Positions 1 through 9,288 of a stretch of 26,364 bases of DNA are shown piece after piece. The DNA comes from a virus (Duplodnaviria; Caudoviricetes). Each line of letters starts with the position of its first letter. Positions within the stretch are counted from its first letter, which is position 1. The DNA is taken from positions 1 through 26,364 of the IMG/VR virus record IMGVR_UViG_3300020045_008955. One strand, given 5' to 3'. Under the pieces are notes generated by a model. That model had not been told where the DNA came from and did not search any database. It saw only the letters and a list, made by a program, of their open reading frames with translations. The position numbers were made by a program, and so were the translations under genes.

Positions 1-1
1 T

Positions 2-262
2 CAAGATTTAACTAAAGCTGTGTCAAAAGTAATGTTTGATTTATTGGCTTTAGATTCTGATACCGACAAAGAAGATGTTAAAACTCAAATTAGAACTTGG
101 AAACAAGCTAGTGCTGGAGTTTTGATTCAGATGATCCCGGATGGGGTTGGTAAAAATCAAAACTTTCCAAATATGTATTTAATTAACGATCCTGAAGTGA
201 ATGAAGACCCTAATGGCGTTGTTTCGTTTCATTTTGAAGGCAAACCAGTTCAATTAAGCTAA
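2..262 (+). CDS. Probable tail tube protein, C-terminal part (truncated by window edge)
   Basis: Frame is open from base 2 (QDLTKAVSKVMF...). It lies directly upstream of the chaperone and tape measure genes, the tube position in contractile-tail operons. Synteny only. Confidence 0.55.
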   Translation, partial: QDLTKAVSKVMFDLLALDSDTDKEDVKTQIRTWKQASAGVLIQMIPDGVGKNQNFPNMYLINDPEVNEDPNGVVSFHFEGKPVQLS

Positions 263-263
263 T

Positions 264-605
264 ATGACAGAATTATTATTTGAAAAAGAATACGAATTAC
301 TCCAAGAAATTGGCTATCCGCACAATGGAGCTGAGAGAAAAACCAAAAACGTTATTCTAAAAGCTCCAACATTTAAAAATAGTGAAAAGATTGAAGCTGC
401 TTGTCGTCAAATCGACACTTACACAGCAATTATAAATTGTATTTGTGAACTTAAATTGATTACGACTAAAGAAGATGATTTTGCTGTTACAAGCGCTCTT
501 TTATATGGATTACATATCAAAACTTACAGAGCTTTAGCGAATGAATATTGCAAATTTTTTTTAGCTTCGGATTCGTTGGAAGAAGAAAACAAATTAAACA
601 ATTAA
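264..605 (+). CDS. Tail assembly chaperone (lambda gpG / Mu gp41 equivalent)
   Basis: 113 aa ORF between tube and tape measure genes, with a slippery run near its 3' end and an overlapping -1 frame ORF. Confidence 0.75.
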   Translation: MTELLFEKEYELLQEIGYPHNGAERKTKNVILKAPTFKNSEKIEAACRQIDTYTAIINCICELKLITTKEDDFAVTSALLYGLHIKTYRALANEYCKFFLASDSLEEENKLNN

Positions 606-745
606 TTTATGATTTTTTAAAATATCACAACGGAGCTTTTACCTATCAAGATGTAATGAATATGCCAATCCCAGAGTTCTTAGAATGGCAACAAATGGCG
701 GTAAAAGTTGCCAATGAAATTAAAAGGGAGGCAGAAAAGAGATGA
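548..745 (+). CDS. Frameshift extension of the tail assembly chaperone (gpT-like part of a G-T fusion)
   Basis: -1 frame relative to 264..605, no ATG start, ends in an ATGA overlap with the tape measure gene. The 'YQDVMNMPIPEFLEW' segment is typical of such extensions. Confidence 0.7.
   Translation: MQIFFSFGFVGRRKQIKQLIYDFLKYHNGAFTYQDVMNMPIPEFLEWQQMAVKVANEIKREAEKR
557..563 (+). other. -1 programmed ribosomal frameshift slippery heptamer T TTT TTA
   Basis: In-frame codons AAA TTT TTT TTA (552-563) give an X XXY YYZ heptamer; the -1 frame stays open to 745. Confidence 0.75.
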
Positions 746-2136
746 GTAATGATATAAGTTATGTTTTAAAAGTTGTTGATGATTTTTCTGCATCATTAGG
801 CAAGTTTAAAACTTCAATCACTGGCATAGACAGTCAAGTTCAAAAAGCCTCACTTAATGTTTCTGGTTTAAGCAATTCTATCACTCAACAATTAGGAGCT
901 TCTAAAACTTCCCAAACCTTGAACGCTATGGGAACTGGTTTTACCAAGATTTCCAATGACATTGAGGGAGCAAACAAATCCTCTAAATTTTTCACTCAAA
1001 ACCTAATTGATTTAGGCAAGGCAACTGGCATCTATATGGGCGCTGCTGGAGCTATGAGTTTTGGTAAGCAAATTTTTAATGCCAAAATCCAAATGGATAG
1101 TATGTCTGCTTCTTTAGCTGCAATCCTTCCTCGTTTCGACAAAACCAAATCAGGCACTCAATTGGCTGCCGAGGAAATTGATTATTTAAGAGAAGCGACA
1201 AATAGAATGGGTGTGAGTTTTGAACAAGCCCTTCCTAGTTATATGCAATTCTTAGCTGGTTCTAAAAGTGATCTAGCAACAACAAGAAAAACATTTGAAG
1301 CATTTGCGGGAATTTCTCGGATGTATGGGCTTAATTCTCAAAGATTTGGGTTAGTAATTAATGCTTTAAGTCAAATGCAAAGTAAAGGCGTAATATCAAT
1401 GGAAGAATTACGTCAACAATTAGGTGATTCTTTGCCTGGCGCATTACAAATGTTTGCAGATGCAGCAAAAATGTCAACTGGTGAATTTACAAAGTTAGTT
1501 GCTGAAGGTCGTGTTGGTGCCGGATTAATTAAGATTGTTGGCGAGAATATTACAAAAACTTTTGGTCAAGATATGGTTAATGCTGCCCAAACTTTAGGTG
1601 GAAAAACGGCAGTTTTAGGTAATCAATGGCTTTATTTTAAAAACGTTCTAGGAGATCAAGTCGCACCAGTTTTAAGTGGCGCTGTTGCGGGATTAACAAA
1701 TGTTACTGGTAGTCTAGCTTCGATGTTTGCAGCAATAAACAATCAAACTGCATTTACTAAACTCAATGATGATCTAAAAGGTATGGTAACCTTATTGAGG
1801 ATTGCCAAAGGTTTGATGCAAGGAATGGGTGATATATTTAGCGGAATTGGAGGGGTAGCAAAAGGAGGATTTAATTTGGCTACGGATTTAGTGTCGGCAG
1901 TTCCTGTTATCGCTAGTGGCGCATTGAGTGGAAATAAAGAAGAAGCTGGAAGGGGAATGTCTGAGATTTGGTCAAATATGAAAACTCATTCATATCAATT
2001 CGCATCAATACCTCAAAAAGTAGATGTTGAGGTTAGCTTCTCCAATGCGCCTGCTGGAACTTCGGCGCAGATCAAGTCTAAATCTTCTGCAACAAGTGCT
2101 GGATTAAGAAAAGGCAATACTGTGGGGGGTGATTAA
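742..2136 (+). CDS. Tail tape measure protein (short, 464 aa)
   Basis: N-terminal 'LKVVDDFSASL', conserved 'ALSQMQSKGVISMEELRQQLGDSLPGA' motif, Ala/Gly-rich helical composition, position after chaperones. Confidence 0.9.
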   Translation: MSNDISYVLKVVDDFSASLGKFKTSITGIDSQVQKASLNVSGLSNSITQQLGASKTSQTLNAMGTGFTKISNDIEGANKSSKFFTQNLIDLGKATGIYMGAAGAMSFGKQIFNAKIQMDSMSASLAAILPRFDKTKSGTQLAAEEIDYLREATNRMGVSFEQALPSYMQFLAGSKSDLATTRKTFEAFAGISRMYGLNSQRFGLVINALSQMQSKGVISMEELRQQLGDSLPGALQMFADAAKMSTGEFTKLVAEGRVGAGLIKIVGENITKTFGQDMVNAAQTLGGKTAVLGNQWLYFKNVLGDQVAPVLSGAVAGLTNVTGSLASMFAAINNQTAFTKLNDDLKGMVTLLRIAKGLMQGMGDIFSGIGGVAKGGFNLATDLVSAVPVIASGALSGNKEEAGRGMSEIWSNMKTHSYQFASIPQKVDVEVSFSNAPAGTSAQIKSKSSATSAGLRKGNTVGGD

Positions 2137-3335
2137 TGACAATTTTAAGCGGATTCCAAAAAGCAAAATTCAGAGGAGCAGAATATTATGTTAGGACAAC
2201 AAATAACCCTGCCCTAGGAAGAAAGACAGTAAATCACGAATATGTTAATGCTGGTCGTTATGTTGAAGATTTAGGTAAGAAATTAAAAATTATTACCGAA
2301 GAAGTCGAGATTATGGAGATCACATATTCGGCTTATAATCGAAAGAAAAAGGCATTAGAAAAAGCTCTATCTACTCCCGGAGTAGGGATTTTAATTCATC
2401 CTACCTATGGGCGTTTAAAAGTAGTTGTTCACGAATCAAATTCGCTTGGTGAAGATTATATCAATAATCTAAACTGCGCCAAATATAGCCTCACTTTTTA
2501 CGAATCGGATAATAATATTTTCCCGACTTCTAAAGATGGAAATAAAAGTTTAATCAATCGCCTTTTTGATTCAATTTTTGGTGATAATCAAACTATTCTT
2601 GCTGATGCGGTTAGTTTTTATGATCAAGGTATCGAGGTGTTTAATGACGCTCGTGATACAATCCAAGATTTAACTAGTGGCATTAATGATGTTGTTTCAA
2701 CTATAAACGGAACTGCTGATGAGGTAGCTGCCTTCGTTTCTGATATTGCGGCTTTTCAAGCTTCATTAACTGATTTGATGCAAACCCCTTCAACTTTAGC
2801 TTCACGATTCACAACTATTTTTAATAATATTTCAGTAATAACCGAGAACTTTGAAAATCTATTTGATGTCGCTTTAGGAATGGTTGGATTGGGAGATAAT
2901 CGCACTCCTAGAGCCGGAAATTCAACAAGAACTGAAACTTTAAATGCCAATCGTTTAGCAGTTTATAATTTTAGCGATGTCGCCGCAATAACTTTAGCTT
3001 ATGAAGTGGCAACAAATCTAACTTACAATAGCCAAGAGCAACTTGACAGCGTTCAAAATAGATTAAACGCCGCATTTGATACGCTTGACCCCGATTTGGT
3101 GGATGACACAATTTATTATAATCTTCAAAATCTACGCAATCAATTAAGACTCTATTTAGATACTCTCAGGTTAAATTTGGCAAAAATTGTTACGCTTAGA
3201 ACTAACACAATTCCATCGAGCATTTTAGCGTTTAATTTGTACGGCGACACTTCAAGAGCTGATGAAATTATCACCTTAAATAACATAGAAAATCCGGCTT
3301 ATGTTTCGGGCGTCATCAATGTTTTAAGCCAGTGA
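2136..3335 (+). CDS. Mu gp43-like 'DNA circularisation' / tail tube initiator protein
   Basis: 'AKFRG...GRKTVNHEY...VEDLGKK', 'GVGILIHPTYG' and C-terminal 'LAFNLYGDTSRADEIITLNNIENP..V.G' match this family. Confidence 0.85.
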   Translation: MTILSGFQKAKFRGAEYYVRTTNNPALGRKTVNHEYVNAGRYVEDLGKKLKIITEEVEIMEITYSAYNRKKKALEKALSTPGVGILIHPTYGRLKVVVHESNSLGEDYINNLNCAKYSLTFYESDNNIFPTSKDGNKSLINRLFDSIFGDNQTILADAVSFYDQGIEVFNDARDTIQDLTSGINDVVSTINGTADEVAAFVSDIAAFQASLTDLMQTPSTLASRFTTIFNNISVITENFENLFDVALGMVGLGDNRTPRAGNSTRTETLNANRLAVYNFSDVAAITLAYEVATNLTYNSQEQLDSVQNRLNAAFDTLDPDLVDDTIYYNLQNLRNQLRLYLDTLRLNLAKIVTLRTNTIPSSILAFNLYGDTSRADEIITLNNIENPAYVSGVINVLSQ

Positions 3336-3336
3336 T

Positions 3337-4563
3337 ATGCCAAACTTAATCGGCTTGGAAGCGAATGGAAAAATCTATACAAACTTTGAAAGCTACTCAA
3401 TCGAAAAAGGAATTGAAACGCTTTGCGGAACTTTTGCTCTAACGGTTAGCGCGAGTGATAGTTTTGGCAATATTCCAATCGCTCCTAATGAATCAATTGT
3501 GATTTCTATTGACGGCGAGCCTGTTATCACTGGTTATGCCGAAGAATTAAGCGTTTCCTATGGAGATGGATCGCACACAGTTAGAATTATTGGCCGGGAT
3601 AAAACTTGTGATTTTGTTGACTCAACTTTGGAATCCAAGACCTTTACGCCGCCAATTGGATTTGTTGAATTGTTAAAAAAGCTTTTAACTTTAGTCGGTT
3701 ATGAAGTGGTTAATAAATTTACTCGCATTGGTTTGACTGCTGTTAGTAATAAGATTTCCATCATTAATAACTATGGAACAATTGCACAATTTACGACTGC
3801 CGAAGGAATACAATTAAAACACAGTGAATCAGCTTATAATCTGATTAAAAGATGCGCCGAAAAACGCCAATTGGTTTTAAATTCTGATGGTAACGGAAAT
3901 ATCGTAATTAATGATATTGGCGCTGAAAGAGCAGTTACGATTTTACAGAATGTCAAAGCCGAACCCAATAATAACAACATCAAAAACGCTAGTGTTCGTT
4001 ATTCGTTCCAAGACCGCTATCATTCCTATAAAATTAAATCAATGACTACGCAGGGCAACCAGACTAGCTCTGGCGCTTCTAATGCTGCTGGTTCTGATGT
4101 TATTATAAATTCAATTAGCACAACCCCGCAAGTTGGTAGTGCAACTGATCCCGAAATTCTAAGACCAACTAGAAAATATACAGCAATTGGCTCAACTGCA
4201 ATGACTTCTTCTGATTGTAAAAACCGCGCAAAATGGGAAGCAAATATTAGAAAGGCAAGAGGGTTTTCTTATTCCTGTGAAGTAACTGGATTTAGACAAA
4301 ACTTAAATGAAATTGGAAGTCTAGGATTTTCCGCAAACCCACTTTGGAAGCCAAACCAATTAGTTTATGTGTTTGATGAATTTGCAGGAATTGATGATGA
4401 ACTGTTAATTAAATCAGTAAATTATACCCAAGATTTAAACGGTGGGAGCATTACCAAGTTAGAACTGGTGGATAAACAAGCATATAGTTATAGTATTTTT
4501 GAATCGCCACTTAAAAGGCGTAAGAATGGCAAAATTAGCCAACAAACATTATTTGCCACATAA
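3337..4563 (+). CDS. Mu gp44-like baseplate hub protein
   Basis: 'IDGEPVITGY', 'GRDKTCDFVDS', 'RAKWEANIRKAR' and 'LWKPNQLVYVFD' motifs; synteny. Confidence 0.85.
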   Translation: MPNLIGLEANGKIYTNFESYSIEKGIETLCGTFALTVSASDSFGNIPIAPNESIVISIDGEPVITGYAEELSVSYGDGSHTVRIIGRDKTCDFVDSTLESKTFTPPIGFVELLKKLLTLVGYEVVNKFTRIGLTAVSNKISIINNYGTIAQFTTAEGIQLKHSESAYNLIKRCAEKRQLVLNSDGNGNIVINDIGAERAVTILQNVKAEPNNNNIKNASVRYSFQDRYHSYKIKSMTTQGNQTSSGASNAAGSDVIINSISTTPQVGSATDPEILRPTRKYTAIGSTAMTSSDCKNRAKWEANIRKARGFSYSCEVTGFRQNLNEIGSLGFSANPLWKPNQLVYVFDEFAGIDDELLIKSVNYTQDLNGGSITKLELVDKQAYSYSIFESPLKRRKNGKISQQTLFAT

Positions 4564-4565
4564 TA

Positions 4566-5117
4566 ATGGAACAGCAACAAATTAGATTAGGAACTATTAC
4601 TAAAATTTACAACAAGTTCGGCATTGTGAGAGCGCAAGTCGTGGTGCTTGACGAAGATTCGCCAGAAGACGTTATCTTGCTTAATCCTTATGGCCAAAAT
4701 AGTTGCCCTCCTGTAGGAAGTTTTGTGGCCATCTACGTTATGTTTGGCAACGCAGAGAACAAATATGCAATTCCATTCAATCAAGTTGATGCTCCAATTT
4801 TAAAGATTGGTGAGAGTGTTGTTTATAATCATTTTGGCAATCAAGTTTATCTAAAAGCAAATGGCGATATTGATATTATTGCAGATGGAAAAAATGTAAA
4901 TATCACAGCCACTTCAACTACAACCAGCGGCACAATTAATTCTGTAGGAAATATTAACACTGCTGGAGTTTATAAAGTTGATGATACGCAAGTCGTAACT
5001 AACCGACAAGCTGCCATTCCAAATCCAACAGGAGGAGTAACGATTGATGCCGAAGCAAGAGCGGCAATTATTAGTGTCTTAACAGCAATGCGAACCCACG
5101 GTTTAATCACTCCATAG
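4566..5117 (+). CDS. Mu gp45-like baseplate spike protein with atypical C-terminus
   Basis: 'PYGQNSCPPVGS' and 'LKIGESVVYN' resemble gp45 N-terminal motifs; located between gp44-like and gp46-like genes. Confidence 0.8.
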   Translation: MEQQQIRLGTITKIYNKFGIVRAQVVVLDEDSPEDVILLNPYGQNSCPPVGSFVAIYVMFGNAENKYAIPFNQVDAPILKIGESVVYNHFGNQVYLKANGDIDIIADGKNVNITATSTTTSGTINSVGNINTAGVYKVDDTQVVTNRQAAIPNPTGGVTIDAEARAAIISVLTAMRTHGLITP

Positions 5118-5123
5118 AAATTT

Positions 5124-5582
5124 ATGACAGATATAAAATTAACCCAAGTAAATACCCCGCAAGGTGATAACTACTATGATATAGATTTCACTAACGGCGA
5201 TTTCATCTTAACCGAAGGCTTAATCACTGCCTTAATGATGTCAATTTTCTGCGAACAAAGAGATGAAGCTCTTGAAGTTCCGCAAATGCGAGGCGGTTGG
5301 GCGGGTAATCAATTTCAATCAATCGAGGGCTTCCAACAAGGCAGTTTAATTTGGATATTATACCAATCTCCAGCCGACCAAGATGCTGCCACACAATCCC
5401 AACAATTTATTGAAGATGGAATGGCTTGGTTGATTGAAGATGGAATTTTAAAAGATGTTGAATCAGAAGTAATTGTGGTTGCAAATTATAAATTGCAAGC
5501 GAAAATTACAATTACTAGAAATGACGATACTCAGTCAGTTCTTTTTTACGATTTATGGGTCAATACCATAATCAATAACTAA
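5124..5582 (+). CDS. Mu gp46-like baseplate wedge protein
   Basis: 'GLITALMMSIF', 'RGGWAGN', 'GSLIWIL' and 'MAWLIEDGI' motifs. Confidence 0.85.
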   Translation: MTDIKLTQVNTPQGDNYYDIDFTNGDFILTEGLITALMMSIFCEQRDEALEVPQMRGGWAGNQFQSIEGFQQGSLIWILYQSPADQDAATQSQQFIEDGMAWLIEDGILKDVESEVIVVANYKLQAKITITRNDDTQSVLFYDLWVNTIINN

Positions 5583-5587
5583 TTTAA

Positions 5588-5604
5588 TTGCGTCACCACC
5601 GCAA
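5588..5604 (+). promoter_or_regulatory. NYACCAC-loop hairpin, copy 1 (before baseplate J gene)
   Basis: TTGCG-TCACCAC-CGCAA, ending 2 nt before ATG 5607. Confidence 0.65.
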
Positions 5605-5606
5605 AA

Positions 5607-7163
5607 ATGGTTAATACTTTTAACTTACCCACATCTCGGAAAGAAGTTTCCGACCGAATCAATAGTGATGTTAAGGCTCAACTGCCTAACAGCAATCCCT
5701 TTCTGCGTGCCTCTTATTTTGGATCTTTAATTTGGGGTTTTGCCCTTAGAATTTTTGATGTTTATCAGCAAATTCTAATAATGATTCAACAATTCTTTAT
5801 AAATACCGCTTCTGGTATTTATTTGGAAAGATGGGGAAACACTTATGGCATAACTCGCAATCCAGCAACCGCTGCAATTGGAACAATTACTTTCACTGGT
5901 ACAAATACTACACCAATTCCTGCTGGAACTTCTCTACAAAGCCTTACTGGCATTGCTTATACTACCGATGCGTTGGCCACAATTTCTACTCAAACTGTCA
6001 ATATTGTTTCAATGTCTAGGGTTGGCACTACTGTTACTGTTAATTTTACCAGCCCACACAATCTTGCTAGTAATATAATTATTGATTCCATTACTGGCGC
6101 TAGCCCTGCTGATTTTAATGGTACTGATCTTCAAATTATCGTTACTTCCCCTGTTCAATTTCAATACACTCTAGCTGGAACTGCTGGGGCTGCAAGCGGA
6201 TCAATTGTAGCGCAATGGACAACCGCCAGCGTGAATGTAACCGCCTCTTCTTTTGGTGAAAATACCAACGCTGATTCTGGCGCATCTTTAACATTAACAA
6301 GCCCGATTACTGGCGTTAATAATACTGCTTATGTTCAATATACTGAGCTTTCTGACGGAACTGATGTGGAAGATGACACAAGCTATCGCGCTAGAGTTCT
6401 TTATCGCATCCAATTTCCTTTTTCTTTTTTTAATGTTGGGTCTTTAACAACTCAAGCCAAATCCGTCTCTGGCGTAACTCGCGTTTGGATATTTTCTCCT
6501 GATTCAACAAGTGCTTCAATTTCAATTTCTAGCATTACAAGAAGTGGGCAAATTGCGACTGCAACCTCTACAGCACACGGTTTAGTTTATGGTTCTTATG
6601 TCACAATTACTGGTGTAGTTCAAAGTGAATATAATGTGTCTAACACTGGCGTGATCGTGATTGATGCTAACACTTTTGCTTTTCCTGTCTCTGGCTCTCC
6701 CGTTACTCCGGCAACTGGCACAATTTCTGCCGCTTATTCTTATGTTGAGCTTGGTCAAGTTAGAATTGGTTTTACTCGTGATGATGATGCGTCAATTATT
6801 CCTAGTGCCGAAGAGGTTAATGTTGTTCTGGCTAAAATGCTGGAAATTAAACCTGCTCACGTGGCCGATGATGATGTGATTGTTTTTGCCCCAACTGCCG
6901 TGCCAATAAATTTCACATTTACAACGCTCTCGCCAAATACAAGCGCGATGCAAACAGCTATCAATAATGCTCTAACCGATTTCTTCAAAACCTCTAATAA
7001 CATTGGGAAAAATGTAAAATTAGCCGATTTAAATGGCTTAATTTCAGGCGTGATCGACTCCACCGGAGCCACGCCAATTTATACTTTGAGCGCACCGAGC
7101 GGCGACATAACAATTGGTCTTGACGAGATCGGAACATTTAGTGGAACCGCAACTTATCCATAA
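5607..7163 (+). CDS. Baseplate J / Mu gp47-like protein with two inserted beta-domains
   Basis: 'QFFINTASGIYLERWG..YGITR.PAT.A.G', 'GTDVEDDTSYRARVL' and 'AKSVSGVTRVW' are baseplate J motifs. Confidence 0.9.
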   Translation: MVNTFNLPTSRKEVSDRINSDVKAQLPNSNPFLRASYFGSLIWGFALRIFDVYQQILIMIQQFFINTASGIYLERWGNTYGITRNPATAAIGTITFTGTNTTPIPAGTSLQSLTGIAYTTDALATISTQTVNIVSMSRVGTTVTVNFTSPHNLASNIIIDSITGASPADFNGTDLQIIVTSPVQFQYTLAGTAGAASGSIVAQWTTASVNVTASSFGENTNADSGASLTLTSPITGVNNTAYVQYTELSDGTDVEDDTSYRARVLYRIQFPFSFFNVGSLTTQAKSVSGVTRVWIFSPDSTSASISISSITRSGQIATATSTAHGLVYGSYVTITGVVQSEYNVSNTGVIVIDANTFAFPVSGSPVTPATGTISAAYSYVELGQVRIGFTRDDDASIIPSAEEVNVVLAKMLEIKPAHVADDDVIVFAPTAVPINFTFTTLSPNTSAMQTAINNALTDFFKTSNNIGKNVKLADLNGLISGVIDSTGATPIYTLSAPSGDITIGLDEIGTFSGTATYP

Positions 7164-7771
7164 TGACAGAATTCCAAGCACATTCATTAGAAGATAACGC
7201 TAGCGCATTAGCTGCTTACTTGCCTAATGATAAGCTATTTGCTTCTAAAAATATTGATGGAACAAACCTAAGAAAAATGTTGAAAGGTTTGGGCGGCGAA
7301 ATGACCCGCGTAGATCAGATTTTTCAGAGCGTTTGGGATGGAACAAACATTCTGGAAACTACTGATCCAGATTATATGAACGCTTGGGAGGCGGCAGTTG
7401 GCATTCCAAATACTTATTTTCCCCAAACTACCTCTTTATTAATTGATGATAGAAGACAGCAAGTTTTGATTCAGCTTAGAAGTTTGGGAGTTTTGACTCA
7501 ACAAGATTTTATTGATTTAGCGGCACTACTTGGATATGCGATAACAATTCAACAGGGCATAAATATGCTTTATCCTCCATATTCTGTGCCTTTTATTCCT
7601 ATGAGAAATGAAAATGATGCAAGATTTATAATGTTTGTTAGTGGATTAGGAACTGTTAGCGCTTATCCACCTTATTCTGTTCCATTTTTACCTCAAAATC
7701 CAGGATCACAACTTCAAACACTTTTTAATATTCTGAAACCAGCAAACACAATAATAATTTATTTATTTTAA
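7163..7771 (+). CDS. Mu gp48 / YmfQ (DUF2313)-like baseplate protein
   Basis: 'LAAYLP', 'WEAAVGIP', 'FIDLAALLGYAITI' and 'LKPANT' motifs; follows the J gene. Confidence 0.8.
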   Translation: MTEFQAHSLEDNASALAAYLPNDKLFASKNIDGTNLRKMLKGLGGEMTRVDQIFQSVWDGTNILETTDPDYMNAWEAAVGIPNTYFPQTTSLLIDDRRQQVLIQLRSLGVLTQQDFIDLAALLGYAITIQQGINMLYPPYSVPFIPMRNENDARFIMFVSGLGTVSAYPPYSVPFLPQNPGSQLQTLFNILKPANTIIIYLF

Positions 7772-7788
7772 TTACCACTTAAAAAAAT
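7761..7788 (+). promoter_or_regulatory. NYACCAC-loop hairpin, copy 2 (before Gly-rich fibre gene)
   Basis: TTTTAA-TTACCAC-TTAAAA core (7766-7784), extendable with one bulge up to the ATG at 7789. Confidence 0.55.
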
Positions 7789-8874
7789 ATGGCAAACAAA
7801 ACTAGTATATTCATTGATAATTCAGCTCCAGCAGTTAATGCAGCGTGGCTCAATATTAATCAAACTGAAGCAAATAATATTATTGCTACCTCTGGACAAT
7901 CTGTCGACAATACCGGATTAGTCAATAATCAGGAAGCAATAGGTATAGCAAGTTATGCCGCACAAGGCAGCGTATTTTGTACCGATTCTGGGGCCGCTGA
8001 TGCTTATGTCGTAACTCAAGTATCACCATTCTTAGCTCCATTTGCTTTAAAAAATGGTCTAACAATTCGTTTTAGAGCAGGAAATGCTAATACAGGCGCT
8101 GCTACAGTCAATCCTTTTGGATTTGGAGCTGGAAGCATTAAACAAAGCGATGGATCAAGTGCTTTAACAGCAGGAATGATCTCAACCTCTTTTGATACTT
8201 TAATTAGATATGATGGAACAAATTGGAGACTAGTCTCTGTACTTTCATTAAATCCAACAATTCAAAAATTTACTTCAGGGAGCGGGACATATACGACACC
8301 TTCTGGAGTAGTGTATATAAGGGTTAGAATGCTTGGCGGCGGTGGTGGCGGTGGCGGTGGCGGTACTCAAGCTACAGCAACTACTGGAAGTAATGGTGGC
8401 AATACGACTTTCGGAACTACTCTTTTAGTGGCTAATGGCGGAGGCGCTGGCACTTCTGGCGTTGCTGCTGGTGGTACTGTGAGTTTAGGATCTGCTATTG
8501 GAACTGCATTAAGAGGAAATGATGGTGGTAGTTATATGGCGATGACTACACAATTTTGTACTGGCGGAGCTGGCGGAGCTGGTGCGCTTGGTGGTGGTAG
8601 TGCTGGTTTTTCTAATGGTGGAGCATCTTCTGGCGCAACTAATAGTGGTTCCGGCGGCGGCGGCGGCGGTACGAATGCTGCTGCTGGTTTGCATTATGGT
8701 ATGGGAGGAGGCGCCGCTGGTGGTTTTGTAGATGCTATTATTGCTTCTCCTTCTGCAACATATTCTTATGCCATAGGTGCTGGTGGAGCTGCTGGCGCTG
8801 CTGGAACAGATGGATATATTGGCGGAGCTGGCGGATCAGGTTATATTGAGGTAACAGAATATTATAATAATTAA
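7789..8874 (+). CDS. Tail fibre / adhesin with glycine-rich C-terminal domain
   Basis: Follows gp48. N-terminal fibre module 'GLTIRFRAGNANTGAATVN...YDGTNW', then 'FTSGSGTYTTPSGV..IRVRMLGGGGGG...GGAGGSGYIEVTEY'. Confidence 0.8.
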   Translation: MANKTSIFIDNSAPAVNAAWLNINQTEANNIIATSGQSVDNTGLVNNQEAIGIASYAAQGSVFCTDSGAADAYVVTQVSPFLAPFALKNGLTIRFRAGNANTGAATVNPFGFGAGSIKQSDGSSALTAGMISTSFDTLIRYDGTNWRLVSVLSLNPTIQKFTSGSGTYTTPSGVVYIRVRMLGGGGGGGGGGTQATATTGSNGGNTTFGTTLLVANGGGAGTSGVAAGGTVSLGSAIGTALRGNDGGSYMAMTTQFCTGGAGGAGALGGGSAGFSNGGASSGATNSGSGGGGGGTNAAAGLHYGMGGGAAGGFVDAIIASPSATYSYAIGAGGAAGAAGTDGYIGGAGGSGYIEVTEYYNN

Positions 8875-8884
8875 TTTTAAATTT

Positions 8885-9247
8885 ATGAAAATTGAAAGAG
8901 TGCAGAATGTTTCTGGTGGATATAAAGTTAATAATCAATTTTTTATTCCAAATGATGAAAATAATTCAGATTATCAAGATGTTAAGAAATGGATTAAAAG
9001 TGGAGGAATTGTTGATCCAGAATTTACTTCTGAACAAATTTTAGAAAAATCTAAATCTGATAGAATAAGCACAAGACTTAATTATCTTCAAAGTACTGAT
9101 TGGCAAGCAGCAGCTTTTATTAAATATGGACGCAAAATTGATGATGAAATAAAAGAAAAATGTAAATTAGCAAATGATGAAATCAATAATATTGAAAATA
9201 TTAAATCTTTAGAAGAATTAGAAAAATTTATTCTGAATTTTGAATAA
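8885..9247 (+). CDS. Probable tail fibre assembly chaperone
   Basis: 'FIPNDENNSDYQDVKKW' and 'RLNYLQSTDW' resemble fibre-assembly proteins; directly follows the fibre gene. Confidence 0.6.
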   Translation: MKIERVQNVSGGYKVNNQFFIPNDENNSDYQDVKKWIKSGGIVDPEFTSEQILEKSKSDRISTRLNYLQSTDWQAAAFIKYGRKIDDEIKEKCKLANDEINNIENIKSLEELEKFILNFE

Positions 9248-9259
9248 ACTTTATTAACC

Positions 9260-9274
9260 ACCTGCACCACAGGT
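9260..9274 (+). promoter_or_regulatory. NYACCAC-loop hairpin, copy 3 (before 172 aa gene)
   Basis: ACCT-GCACCAC-AGGT, with an alternative outer TTAACC/GGTTAA pairing (9254-9277). Confidence 0.6.
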
Positions 9275-9288
9275 TAAAACCCAAATAT

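Noticed and set aside
8335-8364. GGC/GGT trinucleotide run as a microsatellite or phase-variation tract
   Set aside because: Mixed codons encoding polyglycine, normal for Gly-rich adhesin domains.
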